Part shown: positions 8,884-17,012 of the stretch, piece by piece | How the letters are laid out: each line of letters begins with the position of its first letter | Position numbering within the stretch: the first letter of the stretch is position 1 | Source: Christensenellales bacterium | Lineage (GTDB): Bacteria; Bacillota; Clostridia; Christensenellales; Aristaeellaceae | Direction: 5' to 3' | Length of the DNA: 64,000 bases | NCBI GenBank assembly: GCA_045226335.1 | Contig: JBGVCH010000085.1 | Coordinates: forward strand, 1,819 to 65,818 | Position numbers and translations under genes: made by a program | Notes under the pieces: generated by a model | Seen by the model: only the letters and a program-made list of their open reading frames with translations | Databases searched by the model: none | Told to the model about the DNA's origin: nothing

Positions 8884-8976
8884 AAGCGGGCATCCTCCTC
8901 ATATGCTTTGATAAGCTGAGTTTACCACATCCGGCCTGGTTTGAAAAGGGATTTTTCCGGCTTTGCAAAGAATCGG

Positions 8977-9005
8977 TTGAAACCTCAGGCGGTATCTGCT
9001 ATAAT
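8977..9005 (+). promoter_or_regulatory. Putative asnS promoter
   Basis: TTGAAA (8977-8982), a 17-nt spacer, then TATAAT (9000-9005). The leader is only about 45 nt. Confidence 0.6.
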
Positions 9006-9052
9006 GGCCTCGCTGCCGTCCCGGCGGCAATCCGCGTGATGGAGGGATTCCC

Positions 9053-10423
9053 ATGCAAGCCATAACCACCCGTGAGCTCAAGGAACAGCTGGAGACGCTG
9101 CAGGGGCAGGAGATCTGCCTCCGGGGCTGGATCCGCAACCACCGCAGGCAGAAGAACATCGGCTTCATCGATTTTTATGACGGCACCTGCTTCAAGAATC
9201 CGCAGGTGGTGTATGACAATACCATTGCCGACTATGACACGGTTTCCACCCTGCACGTCGGCGCGGCCATCACCGTCGTCGGCAAGGTGGTTCCTTCCTA
9301 CAAGGATCCCACCACGCCGGAGGTGCAGGCCCGGACCATCACCCTGGAGGGTGACTCCCCCGAGAATTATCCGCTGCAGCCCAAGCGCCACAGCGTCGAG
9401 TTCCTGCGCTCCATCGCCTACCTGCGGCCCAGGACCCGGCTCTTCCAGGCGGTATTCCGCGTGCGGTCCGTGGCCGCCATGGCCATCCACACCTACTTTC
9501 AGGACCGGGGCTATCTCTATGTCCACACCCCGCTGATCACCGCCAACGACGCCGAGGGCGCCGGCAACACCTTCACCGTCACAACGCTCCCCATGGGCGT
9601 CAAGGCCGACCCCAGCGAAGACTTCTTCGGCAAACCCACCTCCCTGGCGGTCACCGGTCAGCTGGAGGGCGAAACCTTCGCCATGGCCTTCTCCCGGATC
9701 TACACCTTCGGGCCCACCTTCCGGGCGGAAAACAGCAACACCAAGACCCACGCCAGCGAGTTCTGGATGATCGAGCCTGAGATCGCATTCTGCGACATTC
9801 AGCAGCTCATGGACATTGAGGAAGACTTCCTGAAGGCCATCGTCCGCACCGTTTTGGAGAAGTGCCCGGACGAGCTGGAGTTCCTGGACAAGTTCTCCGG
9901 CGGCGGCCTGGTGGACAAGCTGCGGGCCCTGGCAGACGCGCACTTCGCCCGCATCAGCCACGAGGAGGCCATGACCATCCTCATGCAGGTGCAGGACCGC
10001 TTCGAGTTCAAGCCCCAGTACGGCGGCGACACCGCCAAAGAGCATGAGAAGTACCTGACCGAGGAGTATTTCCACGGCCCGGTGTTCATCTATGACTGGC
10101 CCAAGGACATCAAGGCCTTCTACATGTATCAGAACGACGACGGCAAGACCGTGGCCGGCGTGGACCTGCTGGTGCCCGGCTCCGGCGAGCTGATGGGCGG
10201 CTCCCAGCGCGAGCACCGCATCGATCTCCTGACCCGGCGCATGGACGAGCTGAACATCTCCAAAGACGCCATGGACTGGTATGTGAACCTGCGGCGCTTC
10301 GGCGGCTGTGTCCATTCCGGTTTCGGCATGGGCTTTGAGCGGCTGATCATGTACCTCACCGCCGTGGAGAACATCCGCGACGTCATCCCCTACCCCCGCA
10401 CCCCCAGGGAGTGCGAGTTCTGA
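9053..10423 (+). CDS. asnS: Asparagine--tRNA ligase
   Basis: The 456-aa class IIb aaRS has an OB-fold N-terminus, FRAENSNTKTHASEFWMIEPE and a C-terminal GFGMGFERL. Confidence 0.95.
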   Translation: MQAITTRELKEQLETLQGQEICLRGWIRNHRRQKNIGFIDFYDGTCFKNPQVVYDNTIADYDTVSTLHVGAAITVVGKVVPSYKDPTTPEVQARTITLEGDSPENYPLQPKRHSVEFLRSIAYLRPRTRLFQAVFRVRSVAAMAIHTYFQDRGYLYVHTPLITANDAEGAGNTFTVTTLPMGVKADPSEDFFGKPTSLAVTGQLEGETFAMAFSRIYTFGPTFRAENSNTKTHASEFWMIEPEIAFCDIQQLMDIEEDFLKAIVRTVLEKCPDELEFLDKFSGGGLVDKLRALADAHFARISHEEAMTILMQVQDRFEFKPQYGGDTAKEHEKYLTEEYFHGPVFIYDWPKDIKAFYMYQNDDGKTVAGVDLLVPGSGELMGGSQREHRIDLLTRRMDELNISKDAMDWYVNLRRFGGCVHSGFGMGFERLIMYLTAVENIRDVIPYPRTPRECEF

Positions 10424-10441
10424 TCGCGTCATTCTTCGATC

Positions 10442-10469
10442 GCCTTCCCTTTCGCGGGGAAGGCTTTTT
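10442..10469 (+). terminator. Rho-independent terminator of asnS
   Basis: GCCTTCCC (10442-10449) pairs with GGGAAGGC (10457-10464), followed by TTTTT. Confidence 0.8.
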
Positions 10470-10511
10470 ACTGCGGAGGCAGTCGGTCTTTTCCGCGGCT
10501 GTGCCTGGGGC

Positions 10512-10540
10512 TTGACAAAAGAGAACATATGTTCTATAAT
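10512..10540 (+). promoter_or_regulatory. Consensus sigma-70-type promoter of dinB
   Basis: TTGACA (10512-10517), a 17-nt spacer, then TATAAT (10535-10540). Confidence 0.7.
10522..10535. promoter_or_regulatory. LexA (SOS) box 1, inside the dinB promoter spacer
   Basis: AGAACATATGTTCT is a perfect palindrome matching the Gram-positive GAAC-N4-GTTC LexA/DinR operator. Confidence 0.75.
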
Positions 10541-10545
10541 CAAGA

Positions 10546-10559
10546 CGAACATACGTTCT
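10546..10559. promoter_or_regulatory. LexA (SOS) box 2, at the dinB transcript start or leader
   Basis: CGAACATACGTTCT matches the GAAC-N4-GTTC core. Confidence 0.7.
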
Positions 10560-10575
10560 CTTTTGCTTGACGGAG

Positions 10576-11829
10576 ATGATGGTTGTGGGACGCGTGGTGC
10601 TGCATGTGGACGCCAACAGCTTCTATGCCTCGGTGGAGGTGCTCTATCGGCCGGCGCTCCGGGGAAAGCCGGTCTCCGTGTGCGGGGATCCGGAGGCCCG
10701 GCACGGCATCGTGCTGGCCAGCACCATCCCGGCCAAGCGGCGCGGCGTCAGGACCGGCATGGCCATCTGGCAGGCCCGGCAGGTCTGTCCGGATCTGATC
10801 TGCGTGCCGCCGGACTACCATCTGTACATTCATTTTTCAAAGCTGATCCGGGCCATCGAGGAGGAGTGGACGGACAGGGTAGAGGCCTTCGGTCTGGACG
10901 AGAACTGGATGGAGCTGACCCAGCCCGGTCTGGGCATCGGCGACGGCGCCCGGATCGCGGACATCATCCGCCAGCGGATCCGGGACGAGCTGGGCCTCAC
11001 GGTGTCCGTGGGCGTCAGCTTCAACAAGGTGCTGGCCAAGCTGGGCAGCGACCTGAAAAAGCCCGACGCGGTGACGGTGCTGGATGAGGCGCGCTGGCGG
11101 GAGCGGGTCTGGCCCCTGCCGGTGAGCGATCTGCTGTACGTGGGGTTTCGCACCGCCCGGAAACTGGTTCCCCTGGGCATCGTCACCATCGGGGATCTGG
11201 CCGCGGCGCCGGCGTCCACGCTGCAGCGGAAGTTCGGCAAGATCGGCCTGATGCTGAAGGCTTTCGCCTGCGGCATCGACGAGAGCCCCGTGCGCCGCAG
11301 CGACCTGTCGGAGGCCATCAAGAGCGTCGGCAACAGCGCCACGGCCCCCCACGACATCTGTACGCCGGAGGAAGCCCGCTGCGTGTGCTTCCTGCTGGCG
11401 GAGAGCGTCGGGGCGCGGCTCCGGGAGGCCGGCTGCCGCTGCCGCTGCGTGTCCCTCGCCGCCCGCACCACCGACCTGCAGTGGGCCTCCCACCAGCTGG
11501 TCCTTCCCCGGCCCACCAACATCACCGCGGACATCGGCGCGGCGGCCTGTGCCCTGATGGCAGAGCGCTTCCTGGACGTGCTGCCCCTGCGCTCCCTGGG
11601 GGTCAGCGTGGGGATGCTGACCTCGGACACCGCGCCGCTGCAGACAGATCTCTTCGGCGAGAAGCGCCGGGAACGGCAGGAAGCGCTGGACGCCTCCCTG
11701 GACGGCCTCCGGAAACGCTTCGGCCATCAGGTGGTCCACCGGGGTATCGTGCTGACAGATCGGGCCTTCGCCGCGGTGAATCCCAAAGAAGACCAGATCG
11801 TCCATCCCATCGCCTTTCTGCGCGCCTGA
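10576..11829 (+). CDS. dinB: DNA polymerase IV (Y-family translesion polymerase). The exact start codon is uncertain: TTG at 10567, ATG at 10576 or 10579, or GTG at 10585.
   Basis: VLHVDANSFYASVEVLYRPALRGKPVSVCG...GIVLA, ...SVGVSFNKVLAKLGSDLKKPD and the little-finger region are typical of DinB/ImpB-family proteins. Confidence 0.9.
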   Translation: MMVVGRVVLHVDANSFYASVEVLYRPALRGKPVSVCGDPEARHGIVLASTIPAKRRGVRTGMAIWQARQVCPDLICVPPDYHLYIHFSKLIRAIEEEWTDRVEAFGLDENWMELTQPGLGIGDGARIADIIRQRIRDELGLTVSVGVSFNKVLAKLGSDLKKPDAVTVLDEARWRERVWPLPVSDLLYVGFRTARKLVPLGIVTIGDLAAAPASTLQRKFGKIGLMLKAFACGIDESPVRRSDLSEAIKSVGNSATAPHDICTPEEARCVCFLLAESVGARLREAGCRCRCVSLAARTTDLQWASHQLVLPRPTNITADIGAAACALMAERFLDVLPLRSLGVSVGMLTSDTAPLQTDLFGEKRRERQEALDASLDGLRKRFGHQVVHRGIVLTDRAFAAVNPKEDQIVHPIAFLRA

Positions 11830-11847
11830 TATGGAGGAGGTGAGCCC

Positions 11848-12093
11848 GTGGAAACGCAGGACAAGGAATACATCAAGGTCCGGGCGGATTTCACCATCGA
11901 CGGCCGGATCGTGCCCATCAAGTTCCGCACGGCGGACGGCCCGGCCCAGGTGGTGGACCGGATCATCGACGTTCGCCAGGCCCCGTCCCTGAAGGCGGGC
12001 GGCCAGGGCACCCGCTATACCTGCCGCGTGGGCGAGCGCCTGATCTACCTGTTTCACGACCGGGACCACTGGTTCCTTGAGGACGTCGGGTGA
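11848..12093 (+). CDS. Uncharacterised 81-aa protein co-transcribed with dinB
   Basis: The start is GTG, 7 nt after a strong GGAGGAGG RBS (11833-11840) and 18 nt after the dinB stop. GC3 codon bias matches neighbouring genes. A terminator follows directly. I recognise no family. Confidence 0.65.
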   Translation: METQDKEYIKVRADFTIDGRIVPIKFRTADGPAQVVDRIIDVRQAPSLKAGGQGTRYTCRVGERLIYLFHDRDHWFLEDVG

Positions 12094-12116
12094 CCGGGGT
12101 CCATCAAGGCTTTCCT

Positions 12117-12141
12117 CAGGCACGCCATGTGCCTGATTTTT
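12117..12141 (+). terminator. Rho-independent terminator of the dinB operon
   Basis: CAGGCAC (12117-12123) pairs with GTGCCTG (12129-12135), followed by ATTTTT. Confidence 0.7.
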
Positions 12142-12219
12142 CAATCCCGTGCAGGGAATCGCCGAACCGTGTCGAATGACATCAATTTGTGCGAGTATGC
12201 ACATATAAAGGAGGTTCCG

Positions 12220-13260
12220 ATGGCAAAGAATAAACAGACCAGGGCCTGCCCCCGGGTGGATATCGGCGGTCAGGCCGTCCTGGAGGGCGTCATGATGCGC
12301 TCCCCCAATAAAACCGCGATCGCCGTTCGCCGGCCGGACAACACCATTGTGGTCAAGTGTACGCCCTATGAGCCCCTCTCCAAAAAGCACCCGTGGATGG
12401 GCATCCCGGTGATCCGGGGCGCGGTGAACCTGGTGACCATGCTCACCATGGGCATGAGCACCATGCAGGACGCCACCACCATGCTGGGCCTGCTGGACGA
12501 GGAGCCCTCGAAGTTCGAGAAATGGCTGGCCAACAAGCTGGGCAAGGGCGTGGACAAGATCGTGATGGGCATCGCCATGCTGCTGGCTGTGGTCCTGGCC
12601 GTCGGGCTGTTCATCGCCGTGCCGGCCGGTGTCGAACAGCTGCTGAAAAAAACCGGCCTGCCCGCCTGGGCCTATACGCTGATCGGCGGTGTGGTGAAGG
12701 TGATCATTCTGGTGCTGTACATGGGCCTTATCGGCCTGGTTCCCGACATCCGCCGCACATACCAATACCACGGCGCGGAGCACAAAACCGTCTACTGCAA
12801 CGAGCACGGCCTGCCCCTGACCCCGGAGAACGCCCAGACCTTCACCACCCTGCACCCCCGCTGCGGCACGGCTTTTCTGCTGATCACCATGATCATCAGC
12901 ATCCTGCTCTTCACGGTGGTGAACACCGTCTGGCCCATCGACAATTACTTCCTGAGGCTTCTGGTGCATCTGCTGCTGCTGCCTCTGGTGGCGGGCCTGA
13001 GCTATGAGGCGCTGAAGGGACTGGCCCATTCGGAGAGCGGCATTGCCAAAGTGCTGCGCTGGCCCGGCTTGCAGCTGCAGCGCCTGACCACCCGCCAACC
13101 GGACGAGAGCATGCTGGAGTGCGCCATCAGCGCCATGAACGCCGCGCTCTCCGGGCTCCCCAAGGATGCCCCGAAAACGCCGGAAGGCTGGGCGATCCTG
13201 AAGACCTACGAAGATTCCGCGCCCGAGTGCTACGGAAAGACCAATGAGGATCCGGCCTGA
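12220..13260 (+). CDS. DUF1385 (YqhQ-like) membrane protein
   Basis: MAKNKQTRACPRVDIGGQAVLEGVMMRSPNK...YHGAEHKTV...LHPRCGTAF shows the signature of the DUF1385 family that commonly precedes prmC-prfA. An AAGGAGG RBS is present. Confidence 0.85.
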   Translation: MAKNKQTRACPRVDIGGQAVLEGVMMRSPNKTAIAVRRPDNTIVVKCTPYEPLSKKHPWMGIPVIRGAVNLVTMLTMGMSTMQDATTMLGLLDEEPSKFEKWLANKLGKGVDKIVMGIAMLLAVVLAVGLFIAVPAGVEQLLKKTGLPAWAYTLIGGVVKVIILVLYMGLIGLVPDIRRTYQYHGAEHKTVYCNEHGLPLTPENAQTFTTLHPRCGTAFLLITMIISILLFTVVNTVWPIDNYFLRLLVHLLLLPLVAGLSYEALKGLAHSESGIAKVLRWPGLQLQRLTTRQPDESMLECAISAMNAALSGLPKDAPKTPEGWAILKTYEDSAPECYGKTNEDPA

Positions 13261-14092
13261 CACCCCGCGGGCCCTGATCCTCGCCCAGGCCGCGCGGCTG
13301 GAGCGAGCAGGCGTCCCGGATCCCGTCACCGACGCGGCGGCGCTGCTGGCCCATGTCACCGGCCGTCCCGCCTTGTCCCTGCGGCTGGACACGGACACGC
13401 GCCTGAATTCGGAAATCATGGCAGCGTATGAGGCCCTCTGCGGCAGGCGCGAAGCCCGGGAACCGCTGCAATGGATCCTCGGCACGCAATCCTTCCTCGG
13501 GCATGACTTTGAAGTCACCCCCGATGTGCTGATCCCCAGACCGGAGACGGAACTGCTGGCGGAGGCAGCCATCGACCGGATGAAGGGGCTCGACGCACCG
13601 GCCGTTCTGGACCTCTGCTGCGGCAGCGGCTGCATCGCGGTTTCCGTCGCCCTGGCCTGTCCGGAAGCCGCCATCACCGCCTGCGATCTCTCCGCAGAAG
13701 CCCTGGCCGTGGCGCGCCGGAACGCGGACCGTCTGGGCGCTGCGGTGCGGTTTGTCCAGTCGGATCTGTTGGAAAGCGTCGGGAGTACCCTCTTTGACGT
13801 CATCGTCTCAAACCCGCCCTACATCCCGACGGACGTGTGCGGCAGCCTGCAAGAAGAGGTTCTGCGGGAGCCGAGGATGGCCCTGGACGGCGGCCCGGAC
13901 GGGCTTTCTTTCTACCGTCGGATCGCGGCCGCGGCGCCGTCGCGTCTGAAGCCCGGAGGAAGGCTGCTGCTGGAGACCGGCCACGACCAGCACGAGCCGG
14001 TGGCGAAGCTGCTGGCGGAGAACGGTTTTCGGGAGATCCGCGCGATCCATGACTACGCCGGAATCAAGCGCATCACGGAGGCAGTATGTTAG
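13244..14092 (+). CDS. prmC: Peptide chain release factor N5-glutamine methyltransferase
   Basis: The SAM motif is [12 protein letters not shown] and the catalytic motif is VSNPPYI. It overlaps both neighbouring genes. Confidence 0.9.
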   Translation: MRIRPDTPRALILAQAARLERAGVPDPVTDAAALLAHVTGRPALSLRLDTDTRLNSEIMAAYEALCGRREAREPLQWILGTQSFLGHDFEVTPDVLIPRPETELLAEAAIDRMKGLDAPAVLDLCCGSGCIAVSVALACPEAAITACDLSAEALAVARRNADRLGAAVRFVQSDLLESVGSTLFDVIVSNPPYIPTDVCGSLQEEVLREPRMALDGGPDGLSFYRRIAAAAPSRLKPGGRLLLETGHDQHEPVAKLLAENGFREIRAIHDYAGIKRITEAVC

Positions 14093-15159
14093 ATCGATAC
14101 AGGGCTATCCTGGACCGGTATGAGGAGCTATCCGCGGCGCTGGCCGAGCCGGAGATCCTGGCGGACCAGCCGGCCTGGCAGCGGCTGCTGAAGGAGCGGT
14201 CTGGGCTGGAAGAACAGGTCGGCGCTTACGCGGAATGGCAGCGGCTGAACCGCCAGCGCGAGGAATGCCTGGAAATGCTGAATGATCCCGACCTGGCGGA
14301 GGAAGCCCGTCGGGAGCTGGCCGAGCTGACACCCCGCATCGCCGAACAGGAGACCGCCATGAAGCGCCTTCTGCTTCCCAGGGACAGCCGGGACGAGCGG
14401 AACGTGATCCTGGAGATCCGCGCCGGCACCGGCGGCGAGGAGAGCGCGCTGTTCGCCGCGGACCTGGCCAGAATGTACGAGCGTTACGCGGCGCGATGCG
14501 GGTTCCGCCTTGAGCCGGTCTCCGCCTCCCCCACCGATCTGGGAGGGCTGAAGGAAGCCGTCTTTGCCGTCACGGGCCGGGGTGCCTGGAGCCGTCTGAA
14601 ATATGAGAGCGGTGTGCACCGGGTCCAGCGGGTGCCGGTGACGGAGTCCTCCGGCCGGAAACAGACCTCCGCCTGCACAGTGGCGGTGCTCCCGGAGGCG
14701 GAGGAAATCGACCTGACCATTCTCCCCCAGGATCTGCGGATCGACACCTTCCGGGCCAGCGGTGCCGGCGGGCAGTACGTCAACCGCACTGATTCCGCCA
14801 TCCGCATCACCCACCTCCCCACCGGGCTGGTGGTGACCTGCCAGGACGAAAAGAGCCAGCTGCGAAACAAGGAGCAGGCCATGAAAGTCCTCCGCTCCCG
14901 CCTCTGGGACATGAAGCAGCGGGAAGCCGATTCCCAGCAGGCGGCCGACCGGAAAAAGCAGGTGGGCAGCGGAGACCGCAGCGAGCGCATCCGCACCTAC
15001 AACTTTCACGAGGGCCGCGTCACGGATCACCGAATCGGCCTGACCCTCTACCGCATCCAGGACATCATGAACGGTGACCTGGATGAGATCATCGACGCGC
15101 TGCGCCTGGCCGACGAGAACAGCCGGCTGCAGGAAGCCGAGCTGGCAGAAAAGACGTGA
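14086..15159 (+). CDS. prfA: Peptide chain release factor 1
   Basis: The GGQ motif is [25 protein letters not shown] and a PxT-type domain is present. Length is 357 aa. Confidence 0.95.
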   Translation: MLDRYRAILDRYEELSAALAEPEILADQPAWQRLLKERSGLEEQVGAYAEWQRLNRQREECLEMLNDPDLAEEARRELAELTPRIAEQETAMKRLLLPRDSRDERNVILEIRAGTGGEESALFAADLARMYERYAARCGFRLEPVSASPTDLGGLKEAVFAVTGRGAWSRLKYESGVHRVQRVPVTESSGRKQTSACTVAVLPEAEEIDLTILPQDLRIDTFRASGAGGQYVNRTDSAIRITHLPTGLVVTCQDEKSQLRNKEQAMKVLRSRLWDMKQREADSQQAADRKKQVGSGDRSERIRTYNFHEGRVTDHRIGLTLYRIQDIMNGDLDEIIDALRLADENSRLQEAELAEKT

Positions 15160-15163
15160 ATCC

Positions 15164-16231
15164 ATGCAGACAAAGGTTCTGAAACCCACCCCGGACGCCC
15201 TGGCGGAAGCCTCGGATCTGCTGCGCCGGGGTGAACTGGTGGCCTTCCCGACGGAGACGGTCTACGGCCTTGGCGCCAATGCCCTGAACCCCGGCGCCGT
15301 GCTGTCCATCTTCCGGGCCAAGGGAAGGCCCGCAGACAATCCGCTGATCATGCATATCGCCCGGGAGGAGCAGCTGAAAGGCCTCGTCACCGTGCCCGAC
15401 GCGGCCCGACCGCTGATGGCGCGATTCTGGCCCGGGCCCCTGACCCTGCTGATGCCCCGAACAACCGCCGTTCCCGACGAGGTCACGGCGGGGCTGGCCA
15501 CGGTGGCCGTGCGGATGCCTTCCCACCCCGTGGCAAGAGAACTGCTGGCTTCTTGCTGCCTGCCCATCGCCGCGCCCTCCGCCAACCGTTCCGGCAAACC
15601 CAGCCCCACCACGGCCCGGCATGTGCTGGAAGACATGGACGGCATCATCCCGCTGATCCTGGACGGCGGCGACTGCGAGGTCGGGCTGGAGTCCACCGTG
15701 CTGGACGTCTGTCACGGCACGCCCTGCATCCTGCGGCCCGGCGGTGTCACCCGGGAAATGCTGGAAGAAGTCATCGGGCCGGTGGACGTGGCCGGCAGCG
15801 TGCTCCGTCCCCTTCGGGAAGGCGAGGTTGCCCGCTCGCCGGGGATGCGGTACCGCCACTACGCGCCGGAGGGGGCCGTGATCCTGGTGGAGGGCAGCGA
15901 ATCGGACACGCTGGATGCCCTGAAGCGGTTGTACCGATCAGCAGAAGCGTCCGGAAAGAAGGCCTGTGTCCTCTGCTTCACCGAGCACACCGGCGCTCTG
16001 GCCGACTGCGCGCCTCACGATCTGGGCAGCATGGAACGGCCTGAGGAGACCGCCAACCGGCTGTTCTCCGTCCTGCGCAGTCTGGACGAGGACGGATATA
16101 CCGCCATCTTCAGCGAAGTCGTCAGCCCTGAGGGGGTCGGCCTGGCGGTCATGAACCGGCTGGGCCGTGCCGCCGCCTTTCACACCGTGTCCGCCCGGGC
16201 GGTCCTGCACCCGGAGATTGAGGAGGTATAA
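15164..16231 (+). CDS. tsaC: L-threonylcarbamoyladenylate synthase (Sua5/YwlC/TsaC type, with Sua5 C-terminal domain)
   Basis: GELVAFPTETVYGLGANA, ...IFRAKGRPADNPLI and ...APSANRSGKPSPT are YrdC-domain hallmarks. Confidence 0.9.
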   Translation: MQTKVLKPTPDALAEASDLLRRGELVAFPTETVYGLGANALNPGAVLSIFRAKGRPADNPLIMHIAREEQLKGLVTVPDAARPLMARFWPGPLTLLMPRTTAVPDEVTAGLATVAVRMPSHPVARELLASCCLPIAAPSANRSGKPSPTTARHVLEDMDGIIPLILDGGDCEVGLESTVLDVCHGTPCILRPGGVTREMLEEVIGPVDVAGSVLRPLREGEVARSPGMRYRHYAPEGAVILVEGSESDTLDALKRLYRSAEASGKKACVLCFTEHTGALADCAPHDLGSMERPEETANRLFSVLRSLDEDGYTAIFSEVVSPEGVGLAVMNRLGRAAAFHTVSARAVLHPEIEEV

Positions 16232-16234
16232 GCC

Positions 16235-16939
16235 ATGCTTGAGGAACTGAAGCAAAAAGTCTACGAAGCCAACATGCTCCTGCCCGCCTACCACTTGGTC
16301 ACCTTCACCTGGGGCAATGTGTCCGGGATCGACCGGGAAAAGGGCCTGTTTGTCATCAAGCCCAGCGGTGTGGAATACGAGAAGCTTCGCCCGGAGGACA
16401 TGGTGGTCATCGACCTGGAAGGCCGCCGGGTCGAGGGAACGCTGAACCCCTCCACCGATACCCCCACCCATCTGGAGCTGTACCGGCGCTTCCCGGAGAT
16501 CGGCGGCGTGGTGCACACCCACAGCCGCTGGGCCACCATCTGGGCCCAGGCCGGCCGCGACATCCCCGCCTACGGCACCACCCACGCCGACTATATCTAC
16601 GGTCCCGTCCCCTGCTGCCGGGATCTAACCCCGGAGGAAGTGGACCGGGCCTACGAGCTCGAGACCGGCCGCGTCATCGCCGCGCATTTTGAGGCCAACG
16701 GGCTGAACCCCATGCATGTGCCCTGCGTGCTGACCCGGCACCACGGCCCCTTTGCCTGGGGAAAGGATCCGCTGAACGCCGTACACAACGCCGTGGTGCT
16801 GGAAGAGGTGGCCATGATGGCCTGGCACACGGAGGCCCTGCCGGCCGCGCAGCCCAGGGAATCCCTCCCGGATCACGTCCGGGACAAGCACTTCCTTCGC
16901 AAGCACGGCCCCAACGCCTACTACGGCCAGGGGAAATGA
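16235..16939 (+). CDS. araD: L-ribulose-5-phosphate 4-epimerase
   Basis: [51 protein letters not shown]...[10 protein letters not shown]...VVHTHS shows class II aldolase/AraD signatures. Confidence 0.85.
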   Translation: MLEELKQKVYEANMLLPAYHLVTFTWGNVSGIDREKGLFVIKPSGVEYEKLRPEDMVVIDLEGRRVEGTLNPSTDTPTHLELYRRFPEIGGVVHTHSRWATIWAQAGRDIPAYGTTHADYIYGPVPCCRDLTPEEVDRAYELETGRVIAAHFEANGLNPMHVPCVLTRHHGPFAWGKDPLNAVHNAVVLEEVAMMAWHTEALPAAQPRESLPDHVRDKHFLRKHGPNAYYGQGK

Positions 16940-16961
16940 TCCCCGCGCTGCCGCCCCATAC

Positions 16962-17000
16962 GAAAACCCTGACAGGTCGTCACGATCCGTCAGGGTTTTC
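16962..17000. terminator. Bidirectional rho-independent terminator between araD and the FGGY kinase
   Basis: GAAAACCCTGAC (16962-16973) pairs with GTCAGGGTTTTC (16989-17000). A/T runs lie on both sides. Confidence 0.75.
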
Positions 17001-17012
17001 AAGTATGGACGG

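Noticed and set aside
8884-9052. Searched for T-box leaders in front of asnS here and cysS (22027-22110), a SAM riboswitch or T-box in front of the metF-metH operon (40285-40425), and a purine riboswitch in front of the IMPDH gene (29939-30016)
   Set aside because: The predicted promoters leave leaders of only about 45-60 nt, while T-boxes and SAM-I elements need more than 100-200 nt. I could not see the conserved T-box AGAGA/GNUGGNA elements or the SAM-I core sequences. A covariance-model scan would be the decisive check.
10837-13803. A 988-aa ORF on the minus strand spanning dinB, the small ORF, DUF1385 and prmC. Other giant antisense ORFs are 3040-4851(+), 30471-33038(-), 35775-38294(+), 41596-43005(-), 51269-53563(-), 53560-55632(-), 58099-59985(+) and 59724-61415(+).
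   Set aside because: Each lies antisense to, or out of frame with, genes that have unmistakable family signatures. Their translations are low-complexity Arg/Ala/Gly/Pro/His-rich strings, which is typical of stop-codon-poor alternative frames in high-GC DNA. None has an RBS or a recognisable motif. They are treated as shadow ORFs.
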